From contig NC_042997.1 of the NCBI RefSeq assembly GCF_006345805.1, positions 93,000,001-93,064,000 on the forward strand: a stretch of DNA of 64,000 nt, read 5' to 3'. Position 1 is the first letter of the stretch. Every line of letters begins with the position of its first letter. This stretch comes from Octopus sinensis (lineage: Eukaryota). The position numbers were made by a program, and so were the translations under genes. Below the pieces are notes generated by a model. That model saw only the letters and a list, made by a program, of their open reading frames with translations. It ran no database searches and was not told where the DNA came from. Below, one piece after another: positions 12,426 through 25,209 of the stretch.

Positions 12426-14076
12426 AAAGAAAGAAAGGTGCATGTTATGTGTGTGGATCAAAATCTGACAAAAGATGTCAATTAAAATATCTCATATAGA
12501 TATGGCATAATTACCTGTTACAAGATCAATAATCGTTTGAAAGAAAACCAAGGGGGATGAAATTGTATAGTTAAACATGAGTCTAAGAATACATGGCTTC
12601 CGCCTACATGAGATCTCATGAGAGAACTAGACGCCACGGTTTTTTTTATAAGCCCGCCAAAACGTTGAATACACATCAAAATTTTAGGCGCGAAAATTAA
12701 ACCTTTCTTTCAGATGTCATAGCTTAAAGATAATTCACTGGATGTTACCAATTATAGTATATTTATTCGCCAGCGGCAATTATTTCTAGTCAACATCACC
12801 GACTATAAAGGCAGCGAGCTGACAGAATCATTAGCATTTTGGACGTTTTTACGTTATGAATTCAAATGTCACCGAGGCATCCTTGAAAGAAAACCAAGAA
12901 GGATGAAAATTGTATAGTTAAATATAGGTCTAAGAATTATGGCTCCCGCCTGCAATACAAGAGATCTCATGAGAGAACTAGACACCAAGGTTTTTTCTTT
13001 TATAAGCCCGCGAAAACGCCATATCTATATGAGATATTTTAAGTAACATCTTTCATCCTTTCGGGGTCGATAAAATAAGTATCAGATCAGCACTGGGGTC
13101 GATATAATCGACTTACCCCGCCCCCGAAATTGCTGACCGTATGCCATATTTTGAGACCAATATAACCGAATTTAAAGGCAAGCCAGAAAAATCGTTAGCG
13201 CGCAGACCAAAATGCTTAGCGGTATTTCGCCTGTCTTTACGTTCTGAATTTGAATGCCTTTCATCCTTTCGGGGTTGATAAAACAAGTATCAGTTGAACA
13301 CTGGGTTCGATGTAATCGACTTGACCCATCCCCGAAATTGTTGGCTTTCCTTTTCGTTCTACACACTTCCGCCTTTAGTTCTCACGGGGGTCGACTTCGC
13401 GTTTCCGTTTTCCTGTGCCAATCAAAATATACATCTGCATTATGTAATATAAACGCCACCCAAATTCACATGAGGCTTTTAGCTCTGGTTGAAAGGCATT
13501 TTGCGGCTGTGAGAGAAATATTCAGATTTTTCGCAAGTAATGTTGTTGTGAACACAGACACAGGGACTAAAACTTCGGGAAATGGAGGCTGTCAATTATA
13601 TCGAGTCCAGTGCTTGATTGACGCTTATTTCATCGACCTCCGAGGGAATGGGAAGTAAAGATGATCTCGGCGAGTTTTGAACACAGAATGTAAAGAATCA
13701 GAAGGAAAGCTCACGTCGCATTTTCTCTAACGACTTCGCCAATTCAAGTCCCACAAAATAGTGGTTCTAGTTTAAATACAAAGCCAGGAATTTTAAAGGG
13801 AGAGGAGCAGTCGATTATACTGCCCCTCCCTACCAGTACTTGACTGATACTTACTTTTATCGCCCATCCTTTAAGGCGAGGCGGCTGAATTGTTAGAACC
13901 CCGGGCAAATGCTTAGCAGTATTTCGTCCGTCTTTACCTTCTGAGTTCAAATTCCACCGGGGTCGACTCTGCCCTTCATCCTTTCGGGGTCTATAAAATA
14001 AGTATCAGTTGAGCACTGAGGTTGATGAAATTGACTTCCACCCTCCCCCGAACTTGCTGGTTTGAAAACAATATTA

Positions 14077-14462
14077 TCTCTCTATATATAAACGGCAGTT
14101 TGTCTGTGCGTGTTTCTGTGTGTCTGTTTGCTTGTACCCTCACCCTGACCACGGCTTTCAACCGATTCTGATGAAACTTGACACACACATAGCCCAATGT
14201 CATAATTCAAAACTAACGCAGCCAAAATTTTGAAACGTTTCCCCAGTTCTGAAAAAAATCGATAAATTCGACATGGGGTCGAGAATCAGAAACACGAACC
14301 ACAAACTGTCTAGGGGACGCAACTCCATCCTTTTTTAACTCTCAAAAAAAAATTTACCATCATTTTTTTCCATTTTTTTGCTATTTTTTTGCTATAACTC
14401 TCTAAAAATGCTTTATAGTTATTTCCCTTACAAACCTGAGCAACGCCGGGCGATACTGCTAG
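14077..14462 (+). mobile_element. Non-autonomous Helitron-like element (copy 1)
   Basis: 5' A|TC start, 3' caacgccgggcgatactg-CTAG|T end; close copy at 39361-39713. Confidence 0.7.
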
Positions 14463-14589
14463 TCGAATATAAAGGCGGTGAGCTGGCTGAATCGATAGCA
14501 GGCCTGGCGAAATGCTTAGCGGCATTTCATCTGTTTTGACATTCTGAATTTAAATTCCACTGAGGTCGACTTTTCCTTTCATCCTTTTA

Positions 14590-14850
14590 AGTAAGAAATA
14601 AATGCACCCTTTTAAAGCCTAGCCAGTCTCATGGGCCTGGTTTCCCGGTTTCTATGGCGTATGTGTTCCCCAGCTGGATGGGACGCCGGTCCATCGCAGC
14701 GTTACTCATTTTTGCCAGCTGAGTGAACTGGAGCAACGTGAAATGAAGTGTTTTACTCAAGAACACAACGCGTCGCCTGGTCCAGGAATCGAAACCACAA
14801 TCTTACGATCGTGATGCTGACACACTAGCCACTAAGCCACGCGCCTCCAC
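14590..14850 (-). mobile_element. tRNA-derived SINE family C inserted in a family B copy
   Basis: Minus-strand head gtggaggcgcgtggcttagtgg (A box)...ggtttcgattcc (B box); partial copy at 23395-23545. Confidence 0.7.
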
Positions 14851-15049
14851 TTTCATCCTTTTGGGTCTATAAAATAGTGAATTTTTTTATTTTTTTATTT
14901 TCTTTAGCTTTATATTCGACTTACCCCCTCCTCGAAATTGCTGGCCTTGTGCCAAAATTTGAAATCAATATTATCGAACATAGCAATGTTATCGAGTAGC
15001 GGGTTTGATGTTCGATTTTAAATATTCACGGTTTAAATTCGAGGACGGC

Positions 15050-15410
15050 TATCTGTTACAATCAACATCATGGATTTATGTTTATAAATATCAGTAATGA
15101 ATGTTTATCGACATCACCAATATCTGTTCATCAACATAATTTGTTTAACAGCGTCGGTTTATCTACAATACCTGTTTATCTGCATCACTAAAATATGTTT
15201 ATCAACTTAATTTATGATTATCAATGTCAGTTGCATCTGTTTATCAACATAAATTATGTTTATCAACGTCACATTTGTTTATCAACATAATTTATGTTTG
15301 TTAATGGCATCTATTCAATGTTCATTTATATAACTTCCCTAATATCTGTTATTTACCATTACTAACCTATTTATCTACATCGTAATATTTATTTGCATCG
15401 TAATATACGT
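15050..15410. repeat. Degenerate TGTTTATCAAC minisatellite (second array)
   Basis: Many tgtttatc(a/g/t) cores spaced about 20-25 nt apart. Confidence 0.65.
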
Positions 15411-15520
15411 TTTTTTGCATATGTTTTTCTGCATCGCACATATATATATATATAAGAATTTTTTGCGCAATGAGATAAAAACCAAGGCTGTGTATATATT
15501 AGAACATTTATAGATAGAAG

Positions 15521-15572
15521 GTCTTACAGCTGTTTCCAGGATATTTATTAATTATATCCCTTCATCGGAGAC
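15521..15572 (-). ncRNA. Minimal type-I hammerhead ribozyme motif (U4C variant) in a Penelope-like pseudo-LTR relic
   Basis: GUCU-CCGAUGA-aGGGAUAU(aauuaauaa)AUAUCCUg-GAAAC-AGCU-GUA^-AGAC: stem I gucu/agac, 7-bp stem II, palindromic loop III. Confidence 0.6.
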
Positions 15573-15767
15573 GGTGTGAGAGGATGGTTAAGTAATAGTT
15601 AATTTAGATAGGATACAAAATAGAGAGTGAGGTGGAGGAAAGAAAATAGATGTGAGATATGGAGGGATATTGAATTTGTAGATCCATTTTTTTAGGCAGA
15701 ATGGTATATATGTAAGATTCCAATACCTCATGAGAAAAATCCAACAGTATTTAAAATTCTTCATTCC

Positions 15768-15847
<80 letters not shown>

Positions 15848-16511
15848 AATATTTGGATTGATTTAATCGGCTGTTTCCTTCAAATGTGTAGCCTTGTGCC
15901 TAAAGAACAAATATATTTATGAATGTCGCAGTACACTTTTATCTACATCGTATGTGTACCAACTTACATAATATTATAGAATATTTCTCTGTCTCTGTCT
16001 CTGTCCCTCTCTCCCTCTCAAGATATCTACAATATAATTACATATTAATTTATGGTATGAAAATCAGTAATTTCCTTTGTATTTATCTTGGTTTCCTTCC
16101 ATTTTCCACCAAAATTTTTCTTGATTTTTCCACCAATTATTACGTAAACTATTTGTGTTTTATTTATGTAGAGCACTGAACCAGAAGAAACTAGGATGGC
16201 ATTCAAAACCAAATTCTATCGGGGAGGCGCTACTTGCTCGTTCTATTTACTAGAAATAATAACCAAATCTTTCTCACTTCTCTCCATACCATCTTAGAGA
16301 AGGATACAATAATGTAGTCTTGAGTTCCCTGCATGCAGGAAAAGGACGAGATGCTTATGGCTGAGATGTATAATGCTGATTAGTGTTGACCTGAGCTAAA
16401 ACAGCAATAACAGCATCAACAGCAACGACAACAACAATAACGATGACATAAGCAACCAACTATATCACCGTCAAATCATTCCCTACCATCATGGATATGA
16501 AAAGAATACTA

Positions 16512-16735
16512 CAGTAATCCCCCGACTATCGCGGGTGTTACGTTCCCAAACCCCCCGCGTTAGGTGAAAATGCGTGAAGTAGAAACAATACTGTATATTT
16601 TTTTATTATTTTTTTATTTGTATACATTTGTTTTTATTATAAATGCAAAACACCACGGAGGAATCGGCGTAAGCTCAAATTATAAATTATAGGTGAACCG
16701 CAATAAGTGAATCGCGATATAGTGAGGGATTACTG
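16512..16735. mobile_element. pogo/Tigger-type MITE
   Basis: TA|CAGTAATCCCCCGACTATCGCG ... CGCGATATAGTGAGGGATTACTG|TA. Confidence 0.85.
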
Positions 16736-17329
16736 TATAGACACTGTAACTTTAGATACTACTAAAAGGCAGAGAGGTGAAGGGTGGACGGAATGCCTTT
16801 GATCATAGGATACTTGGTCACGACTGCTCTGGGTTTAAACCACAACATCAACACAGAGTATTTCTTTTTCGTTCTGCATACTTCTGCCTTCAATTCTCGC
16901 GGGGGCCACCTTCACGTTTCAGTTTTTCAGTGTCAATCATAATATATATCTACATTATGTAATTCAAATTCACATGAAACTTTTTTACTCTGGTTGAAAG
17001 GGATTTTACGGTTGTGAGAGAAATACTCAGGTTTTTCGCAAGTAATGTTGTTTTGAATATAGACAAAGGGCTTGGAATTTGGAGTAAAGGAAGTAATCAA
17101 TTAGATCGACTCCAGTATTTCACTGAAGCTTATTTCATCGCCCTCCGAATGAATGAGAAGTAAAATTGAACTCGCATTTTCTCTAACGATTTCGCCAATT
17201 CACATTCCACAAAAGAGTGGTTCTAGTTTAGACACAAAGCCAGGAATTTTAAAGGGAGAGGTGCAGTCGATTATACAGCTCCCTGCGCACCAGTACTTGA
17301 GTGAAACTTACTGTTATCGCCCATCCATT

Positions 17330-17900
17330 AAGACGGTGAGATGGCAGAATCGTTTGCAAGCCGGGCAAAATGTTTAGCGGTATTTCGTCTGCCGTTACGT
17401 TCTGAGTTCAAATTCCGCCGAGGTCGACTTTGCCTTTCATCCTTTCGGGATCGATAAATTAAGTACCAGTTACGCACTGGGGTCGATGTAATCGACTTAA
17501 TCCGTTTGTCTGTCCTTGTTTGTCCTCTCTGTGTTTAGCCCCTTGTGGGTAGTAAAGAAATAGGTATTTCGTCTGCCGCTACGTTCTGAATTTAATTTCC
17601 GCCGAGGTCGACTTTGCCTTTCATCCTTTCGGGGTCGATAAAATAAGTACCAGTTACGCACTGTGGTCGATATAGTCGACTTAATCTGTTTGTCTGTCCT
17701 TGTTTGTCCTCTCTGTGTTTAACCCCTTGTTGGTAGTAAAGAAATAGGCATTTCGTCCGTCTTTACCTTCTGAGTTCAAATTCCACCTGGAGTCAACTTT
17801 GCCTTTCATCCTTTCGGGGTCTTTAAAATAAGTATCAGTTGAGTACTGAGGTCGATGAAATTGACTACTACCCTCTCCCGTAGCAAAATTTGAAACCGTT
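17330..17900 (+). mobile_element. Old SINE B copy split by two young tandem SINE B bodies
   Basis: Divergent head, two near-consensus ~188-nt units (about 17388-17562 and 17563-17747), then the old body resumes; the paralogous unsplit copy is at 13872-14075. Confidence 0.75.
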
Positions 17901-18499
17901 ATTACTCTAGGTCATTTCTGATCGTGCAGACCTATATATCAAGTCATTCTGTGACCGTCTGTTTTTTTTTTTTTTTTTTTTTTTCAAATTTCTATTTTGA
18001 AAGCTTTTTGTTCCCCGAACTACATTATTCAATATGTCCTTTTCTTAAGACAGTTGGAAGATTTGGCTACTGTTTCTGTTAGGTCAAGCGACCACACAGA
18101 GATACTTCGTGAGATAAAGTCTGTACTGATTAAATTACATTCTCTATATTTTGTACTTTTCAGGAAAACAGAAAAAAACATCTCAAGCGGTGTATGTTAT
18201 GACTGACTTTCATTGGGGCGTGTGATAGCTGTGGGAAGTGCCTGAACGTGTTGGGAAATGTGACTTCGATATATAATAAGGGTGGTGTCAATAATTACAA
18301 AGCGACCACGTTGTGAGCAACGTTTTCTTTCTTAATTTCTTTCTCTTTCCATCTCCACCTCCCTTTCTCTTTCCCATCACCTCATTATTATTGTTTGTTG
18401 TCGTTGTTGTTGCTGCTACGCGTCCTTTCGAAAATTATTCGTACCGAACGAAGCACAACACTTATTTCTCTTTTAAATATTAATCGTGAGCTTGATATA

Positions 18500-18975
18500 T
18501 TTACATGTAAACCATTATAATCGACGGGAACAACAACGACAAAACAGCAACAACAACAGCAGCAGCAACAACACGGTGTCGGGGGGTTGACCTGCTTTCT
18601 CTTTTGCGGGTCTTACGAAACAGCAGAGGACCACGTTTCGGACTTCTCCCACTCGCGATCTTGCGAGCTCTGGACGAAGGCCGCTTCGCTCAACAAACAA
18701 ACGAACAAGCAGCAACAACAATTATCACCGCCCAACCACCACCGCCGCCACCGCTGCTGCCGCCACAGTAACAACAACAATAATGGCACCTAATAGCTTG
18801 ACTACCTCGGTCTCGCTTTTCAGTGATGTCGCGTGTTACCGCGTATGGTCTGATCGCGACAAAAGGTTTTGAATGACCAAACCCAACCTTCAGGCTAATA
18901 TATGTAGAATAGAGGGAAGTGCAATTTATAGTTATAGGAAGAAGTGGTGGAGGAGGAGGAGGAAGACTACAGGTA
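18500..18975 (+). promoter_or_regulatory. CpG-rich, CAA/CAG/CCG-rich segment; candidate promoter or first exon
   Basis: Local CpG and GC enrichment in unique sequence, ends at a donor-like ACAG|GTAACA (18972/18973). Confidence 0.3.
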
Positions 18976-19851
18976 ACAAGTATTTTATAGATGTAGAGTA
19001 CTGACTCTCAAGTTTTCTTGTGAACCAATCCTATGAGTGTTCCATTGTTGCTCGAATTCGTCTCAGCCAGTTTGGTTACTATTTGCTACAAAACACGTTT
19101 ATCGAACGTGATAAACTAGAGTGCCTGACAAGCATTCTTAGACTTTCAACAATAATAAATAACAATACCAACAGGAACTGCAAATGGTGGTGGTTGTGAA
19201 AAGAAAAGAAAATGAAGCCTTCCAGTTCAATGAACTGTCAGGATATTTGTTTGTCTTTTTCAGCTGATTCATTGATATCTTTTAGTGAGTTCGCTCTGTT
19301 GCAAGCATTCGAACCAACCTTACAACAGTGGTTATTATGAGCTACGACGCATCATTATCCTACAACATTTCTTTAGATGCTCCCAAAATTATAAACTAAA
19401 TCCAGGAAACAATTCTTCCTTATTTTCACTTACGTTCTGGGACTCTGATCCAAGCTAGATCTCACAGAATAGGTTTTAATAACGCACAAATTACACGTTC
19501 GATTACTCTGAGATACAAAACCCTCAACCCTGAGCTAAAGTTCATCTCTCCTGTCCAGGTTACACTCTGTATGTAAATTTATCTTCGGAAAAGTGATATC
19601 TGCGTATATGTAGATTCCATTCTCTTCTCTCTCCTTTGTGCCAGTTCTGTGCTATCCTTGGCAGTGCATGTACTTTCCTTCTAACTATCAAAGCAGCCAA
19701 AACATGTTACTGAAATCACCTTCTTTAGCATGTTTCTCTCCACATCCCCAATACAACCAAAATCCACGGCCTGAAGTCCTCTAAGTGATTACTCCCTACA
19801 TTTCAGGGAAGAAGACAACTTGCAACCCTTATAATAATAATAATAATAATA

Positions 19852-19887
<36 letters not shown>

Positions 19888-22383
19888 CACCCGCCATTAC
19901 AAACTGGATTGTTTTTAATCATCACCACAACTCGTGCTATACGAAAAGCGAAGGATGCCTCCGTTCAAATTACAGCTTTAAAGCTTAACCACCACGGATC
20001 CTTTTGGTACCTTACTAAAGCTATCTCCATCAGTTTTGTAGAATCTGTCTTTCGTTCTTTTCTAACCATGATGGTTCTACAAGAAGTACGTCCACGGTGA
20101 AATCTTTCACGCTCACTGTCCCCTTAGCATTTATATTCATACTGTACATACTGGTAAATCGCCAAAACAACCTTTCCCATTCTATATGTTTCACCATTGT
20201 GCACACATGTTGCAAAGTGTGAAAGTATCTCAAACAAACAAAGCCATCAGTTCTTAAAAAACTCTCTCCATTATTCTCAAACAATGCGCTCCAAATACTA
20301 ATCAAATTCTTCTGTTTCTCTTTAGGAGCATCCTCTGACATTTGGGAATATACCATTGAGCGTGGCATTCACAAGAAAGATAAATCGTTTGACACTGCCA
20401 ACATCAACTGTCAACAGTTCAAGAGGAACGTTGACTGCATAGATTTCATCGGTCATGAGGTAGTGGTGAGTGGTTTACGAAGGATTTTAGCACAGCTCCT
20501 CTCTTCAAATCAAACCAATAAACAAAACAAAACTGCTGGTATATTTTCCGTTTCTTGCGAATGAGACTCAAAATCATCAGTCAATATTTTATGCTGAAAA
20601 TCTACCTGAGGTGAACTTTGTCGTTTATCCGTGGTATCGATAAACTAAAGCGTCATTTCATGCAGTCGATGTATTCCACTAGACTCGCAAATATTAGAAA
20701 TGAGAATTCTTTTTTTTTCCCTACAGAATTTTAACTCTACATATATGCTATTCTGAAAAAAAAAAATAACAATTGTGACTCCTGCTATCGACTACGAATC
20801 TTTTACGAATTTTTGCTCTCGTATAAATCTCCCTCTTAACTGGCTGTACAATATCTTAGTCCCAACATACAAAAAATGAAAGAAAAAAAGAAAAATTCCA
20901 AGGGAAGCAACCATAACTAAGAGTTATTTCCCTTGTAAAAACGCGCACGTTATGGATGTTTGTAAACATTGAAAAGATGACAAATAAATGGCCATGCCTG
21001 AGAAAATATTAAGATGGTTACCAGCATTTAAACCTTGTCCAATGCAATGACTAAGAAGGAAGGATTATATGCCGATGACTATTTTGTTATGTATGTTAAC
21101 GATTCTGCCAGTGTACTGTCTTTATCGTTGTAATAATAATTTCTTTTCTAGAACGCCTGAAATTTTGGCGGTGAGATTAATCGATTACAACGACCCCCAG
21201 TAAACAACTTATTTTATCAATCACGAAAAGATGAAATACAGTGTCAACTGCAGTAGCATTCGAACTCAAAACATAAAGCTGGAAGAAATTCCGCTAAACA
21301 CTTTGTCCGCCGTGCTAACGATGCTGCCAGCTTCGACAATAACAGAATTAGCTCGTTAAATTTTGACATCAAAGTAACAGTCAAAGGGAAGTAACTATAA
21401 ATATAAAGGAAATTATGTCCCTTATTTTTATAAGTGAGCTTGAATAATATAGTTCCCATTTCCCGCAATAGATTTTCTTTATTTAAGAAAACCAATAGTA
21501 TAAAAGTTATGAATATTTTATATCAAAACGGAATCGTTTCAGAGAGCCAATGTTAAACAAAATTAGAACACGATTTTGTTTTCTCCCTTTTCATCTCAAA
21601 TATTCCACTGGTTTTGGTATCAATGCTTGTTATATGCAAGGGACAATTTTAACCATTGGCAACACATTCGAAAAATTAAATGATAAATTGTCAGCATAAT
21701 TTTGGTTTGAAGCATTGAAAAGTTAAACCATACGCAAATATGCGACACACGCGCGTGTTCGAGTGTGGTGTGTGTGTGTATGTGGTGTGGTGTGTGTGTG
21801 TTGTGTGTGTGTGTGTGTGTGTGTGCATGCATGATTGTGCCCGTGTGTGTATATGTATATATGGCGGTGCCCCAGCATGGCCACAGCTCATTAGCTGAAA
21901 CTGGAAAAATCAAAATCAAAATCATATATATATAGAGAGAGAGAGAGAGAGGGGGGAGAGAGAGAATGAGAAAGAGAGAAACATATCTAAAGTTGCCTCC
22001 CTTGGAAAATTATGTCATTAAAAAAATTCTCCCATTTTTGCGCTGTGTGGTGAGTGGCAAAGCAGTAGCACGCCGAGCAAGATGGTTAGCGACATTTAGT
22101 TCGTCTTTTCATTCTAAGTTCAAACTTCACCGAGGTCTATTTTGCTTTTCACCCTTTTGGGAGTCGATAAAATAAGCACCCGTTGAGCACTGGGGCTGCT
22201 ATGATCGACTTATCCCATCCATGAACATGCTGGTCTTGTGCAATAATTTGAAATTATTATTCTGCTTTATGCATGTAACATTTTTAATAGCATTTGCAAC
22301 GATATTTTACTACGAAACGGTATTATTGAAATTCTGTAATTTACAGCTCATTGTGAAAATTCGGTTAAATGCATATCCCAATT

Positions 22384-22465
22384 ACCGTATTTCCCGGCGT
22401 ATTAAACATTTTTTTTTTCTGATAAATTCATTCCAAAAGTCAGCTTGCACCTTATACACTGAATG
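22384..22465 (+). mobile_element. Tc/pogo-like transposon terminal fragment
   Basis: TA|CCGTATTTCCCGGCGTATTAAAC-type terminus; other end not found. Confidence 0.35.
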
Positions 22466-24701
22466 TCAGGCTTTGGGTAGATTTGGTGAGTGTTATTGAT
22501 GATAGAAAATACTGGTGACGGTGGAAACCAGTGATGATATTTGGTAGTGTTCAAATAAGTAATGTAAATTAGCCTACCATAATACCTTGCCAAATGGTGC
22601 TAGTCTAAATTTTCATGGTTCCTCGACATGAAATTGTGTAAGACATCCAGCTAGAATATTCGGAGAGAGCTACAGTTTTTTTTCACCCTTTTCGTGGATT
22701 AGGCCGGTTAAAATTGAGACTCGCCTTATATGCCCGAAAATAGGTCAACTTTCCTTCTTGAATCATACCGATTCATAAGGGCCGGTTTCCCCGGTTTCCA
22801 TGGTGTGTATATTTCTCACCAGGGCGGGACAATAAATTTTTTTTCCCACGTGAGTTTCGGACCCCAGTTATGAACTCATTTTCATACAGCCAATCAGAGC
22901 TCAACTATCAAACTAATTTATGAGCGCATAACAAGTGATGGGCGATAAGATAAGGTCACTTGGGTAAGGAATGACCATGCTTCTTTTCTCTTTTAATAAT
23001 GCTTCTTGATCTTGTTCGCGTTTCAACCATGGCTGCCTCTGCGTAGTTATTTGTGTTGTTGTTTATTTTCTAAAACAGTAAGGGGAGAGGGTTGCTAGCA
23101 CATCACCCTCTACCTACATTTTCCCATCCACATCTTTACCATATGAGACCCTAACAAAATCCGATAGGTATAGATGCAAATCTATCTAATTACTTGTCTC
23201 TTCCTAAAATCAGGCAAAACTTGGCCATCGGTCAACTTACAACACCGTTCTTCATCTTAAGTTTACTTGGTAGAGTGTGTTTGTTAACTTGACAACAAGG
23301 TGACGGTGAGCTCTGATTGGCTGTATACAAATGAATTCATTACTGGGGTCCAGAACTCTCGTGGGAAAAAAAATAATTTCGCGGGCGGAAACGCCGGTCC
23401 ATCGCAGGATTACTCATTTTTGCCAGCTGAGTGAACTGGAGCAACGTGAAATGAAGTGTTTTGCTCAAGAACACGACGCGTTGCCCAGTCCGGGAACTGA
23501 AACCACAGTCTTACGATCATGAGTCCAACACTTCTAACCACTGATCAGAATCGCCTGGAAGAAACAATTGAAAGTAGTGTACGCGATTGAACGCACAAAC
23601 ATATAATACTGCTATCTATATAAGTCACTTTGGAGGGACAAAATGAAAATTTAACCCCTGCAGGTGTTAAAACACAAATTTTAAATTGACTTCGTACATA
23701 ATCTTTTGCTTGTTTCAGTCACTGGACTGCGGCCATGCTGAATTACTGTATTGAAGGGTTGTTGTCGAACGAATTGATCTCACTACATATTTTTTAAAGC
23801 CTGGTACTTATTCGACGAGTCTCTTTTGCCGAACTGCGAAATTAAGGGGACATAAACGAACCCGGATCTTTGTGGTTTTCGCCACTGTTTACAATTTTGT
23901 TCTAATTGCCTTCAAATTTGGTATATGAATTAAGTTTTGTATACTAATTATGAAAAAGAAATTCATTTTCCCTATAAATCCACAATTAAAAAGCTATTAG
24001 CTTTTAAAATTTACAAAATTTGGGTATTTTAGCTAATCAGAAGCGAGTATTTTACATATCACTGTAGCGAAAATTGTATTGAAGGGTTGTTGTCGAACGA
24101 ATTGATCTCACTACATATTATTTAAAGCCTGGTACTTATTCGACGAGTCTCTTTTGCCGAACTGCGAAATTAAGGGGACATAAAGGATCCCGGATCTTTG
24201 TGATTTCATTTTTTGCAAGGAAGTATTTTCCTACAAAATGAAACCACCCAAGAACTAAAGTAAAATAGGGAGCTGCTGGAATGTCGGTTAAATATTCTTT
24301 GCATCCAGTGGAGTTAAAACCTCCAATTATTTTAATTACATTCCTAACTGATCGAAAAAAAAAAAAAACAAAGCTTGTAATATGCAACAAAGACAGTAAG
24401 AAAAAATAAAATAGAACAAAAGTGGTTACATTTAGTAGAGATGACCCCGATGTTGTTGCTCTCCGATTACTTTCGCAAACAGCAGTAACTTTCTTCAGCT
24501 GAATACATGTCGTTCACTGGTTAAAATTACCCAAATACGATAACTTTGACACAAAATAACTTCTAAAATGTGAAATTTTGTCAAAAATGCTGAAAATAAA
24601 CCGTGTTCAGCGTGATAAATTACGCCACTATACGAAGTTTCAAACTGTTTAGTTAAATAAAACTGATTAAAAAATCTGTCGTCGAAACTGAAGAAATCCT
24701 A

Positions 24702-24773
<72 letters not shown>

Positions 24774-25209
24774 ATCGTTGCTATTATGCAAAAGTGTCGT
24801 AAGACCAAGGCGTTGCTTTTCCACTTTTCCAGAAAACGAAAAAAAAAAAAAACAAACAAACAAAAAAAAATACAGTTCCACCATTCCATTTCTTTTTACA
24901 TTAGCAACAGTTTCATCTTAACAATAATATTTTGTTGGGTGCATAAAATCGTAACTCCATGCATGTATGATATTTTCAGTCAGAAATATTTCTGCAAAAA
25001 TGTCGTATGTGGGACTTATTACACTTTTGAAAAATGCTAAACCGTTGTACTACACTTCGACAATTTTCATCTGAAGCAACCGGAGATACGATAGTTTGAT
25101 CAAAAGAACCGGCTATTACAAGCAAAATTGAATATTGAAAACAAAAAAATAATAAATAACCGCACTCGACAGTTTAGCATAACAGCAACGATATATATGT
25201 TTTTTCTTT

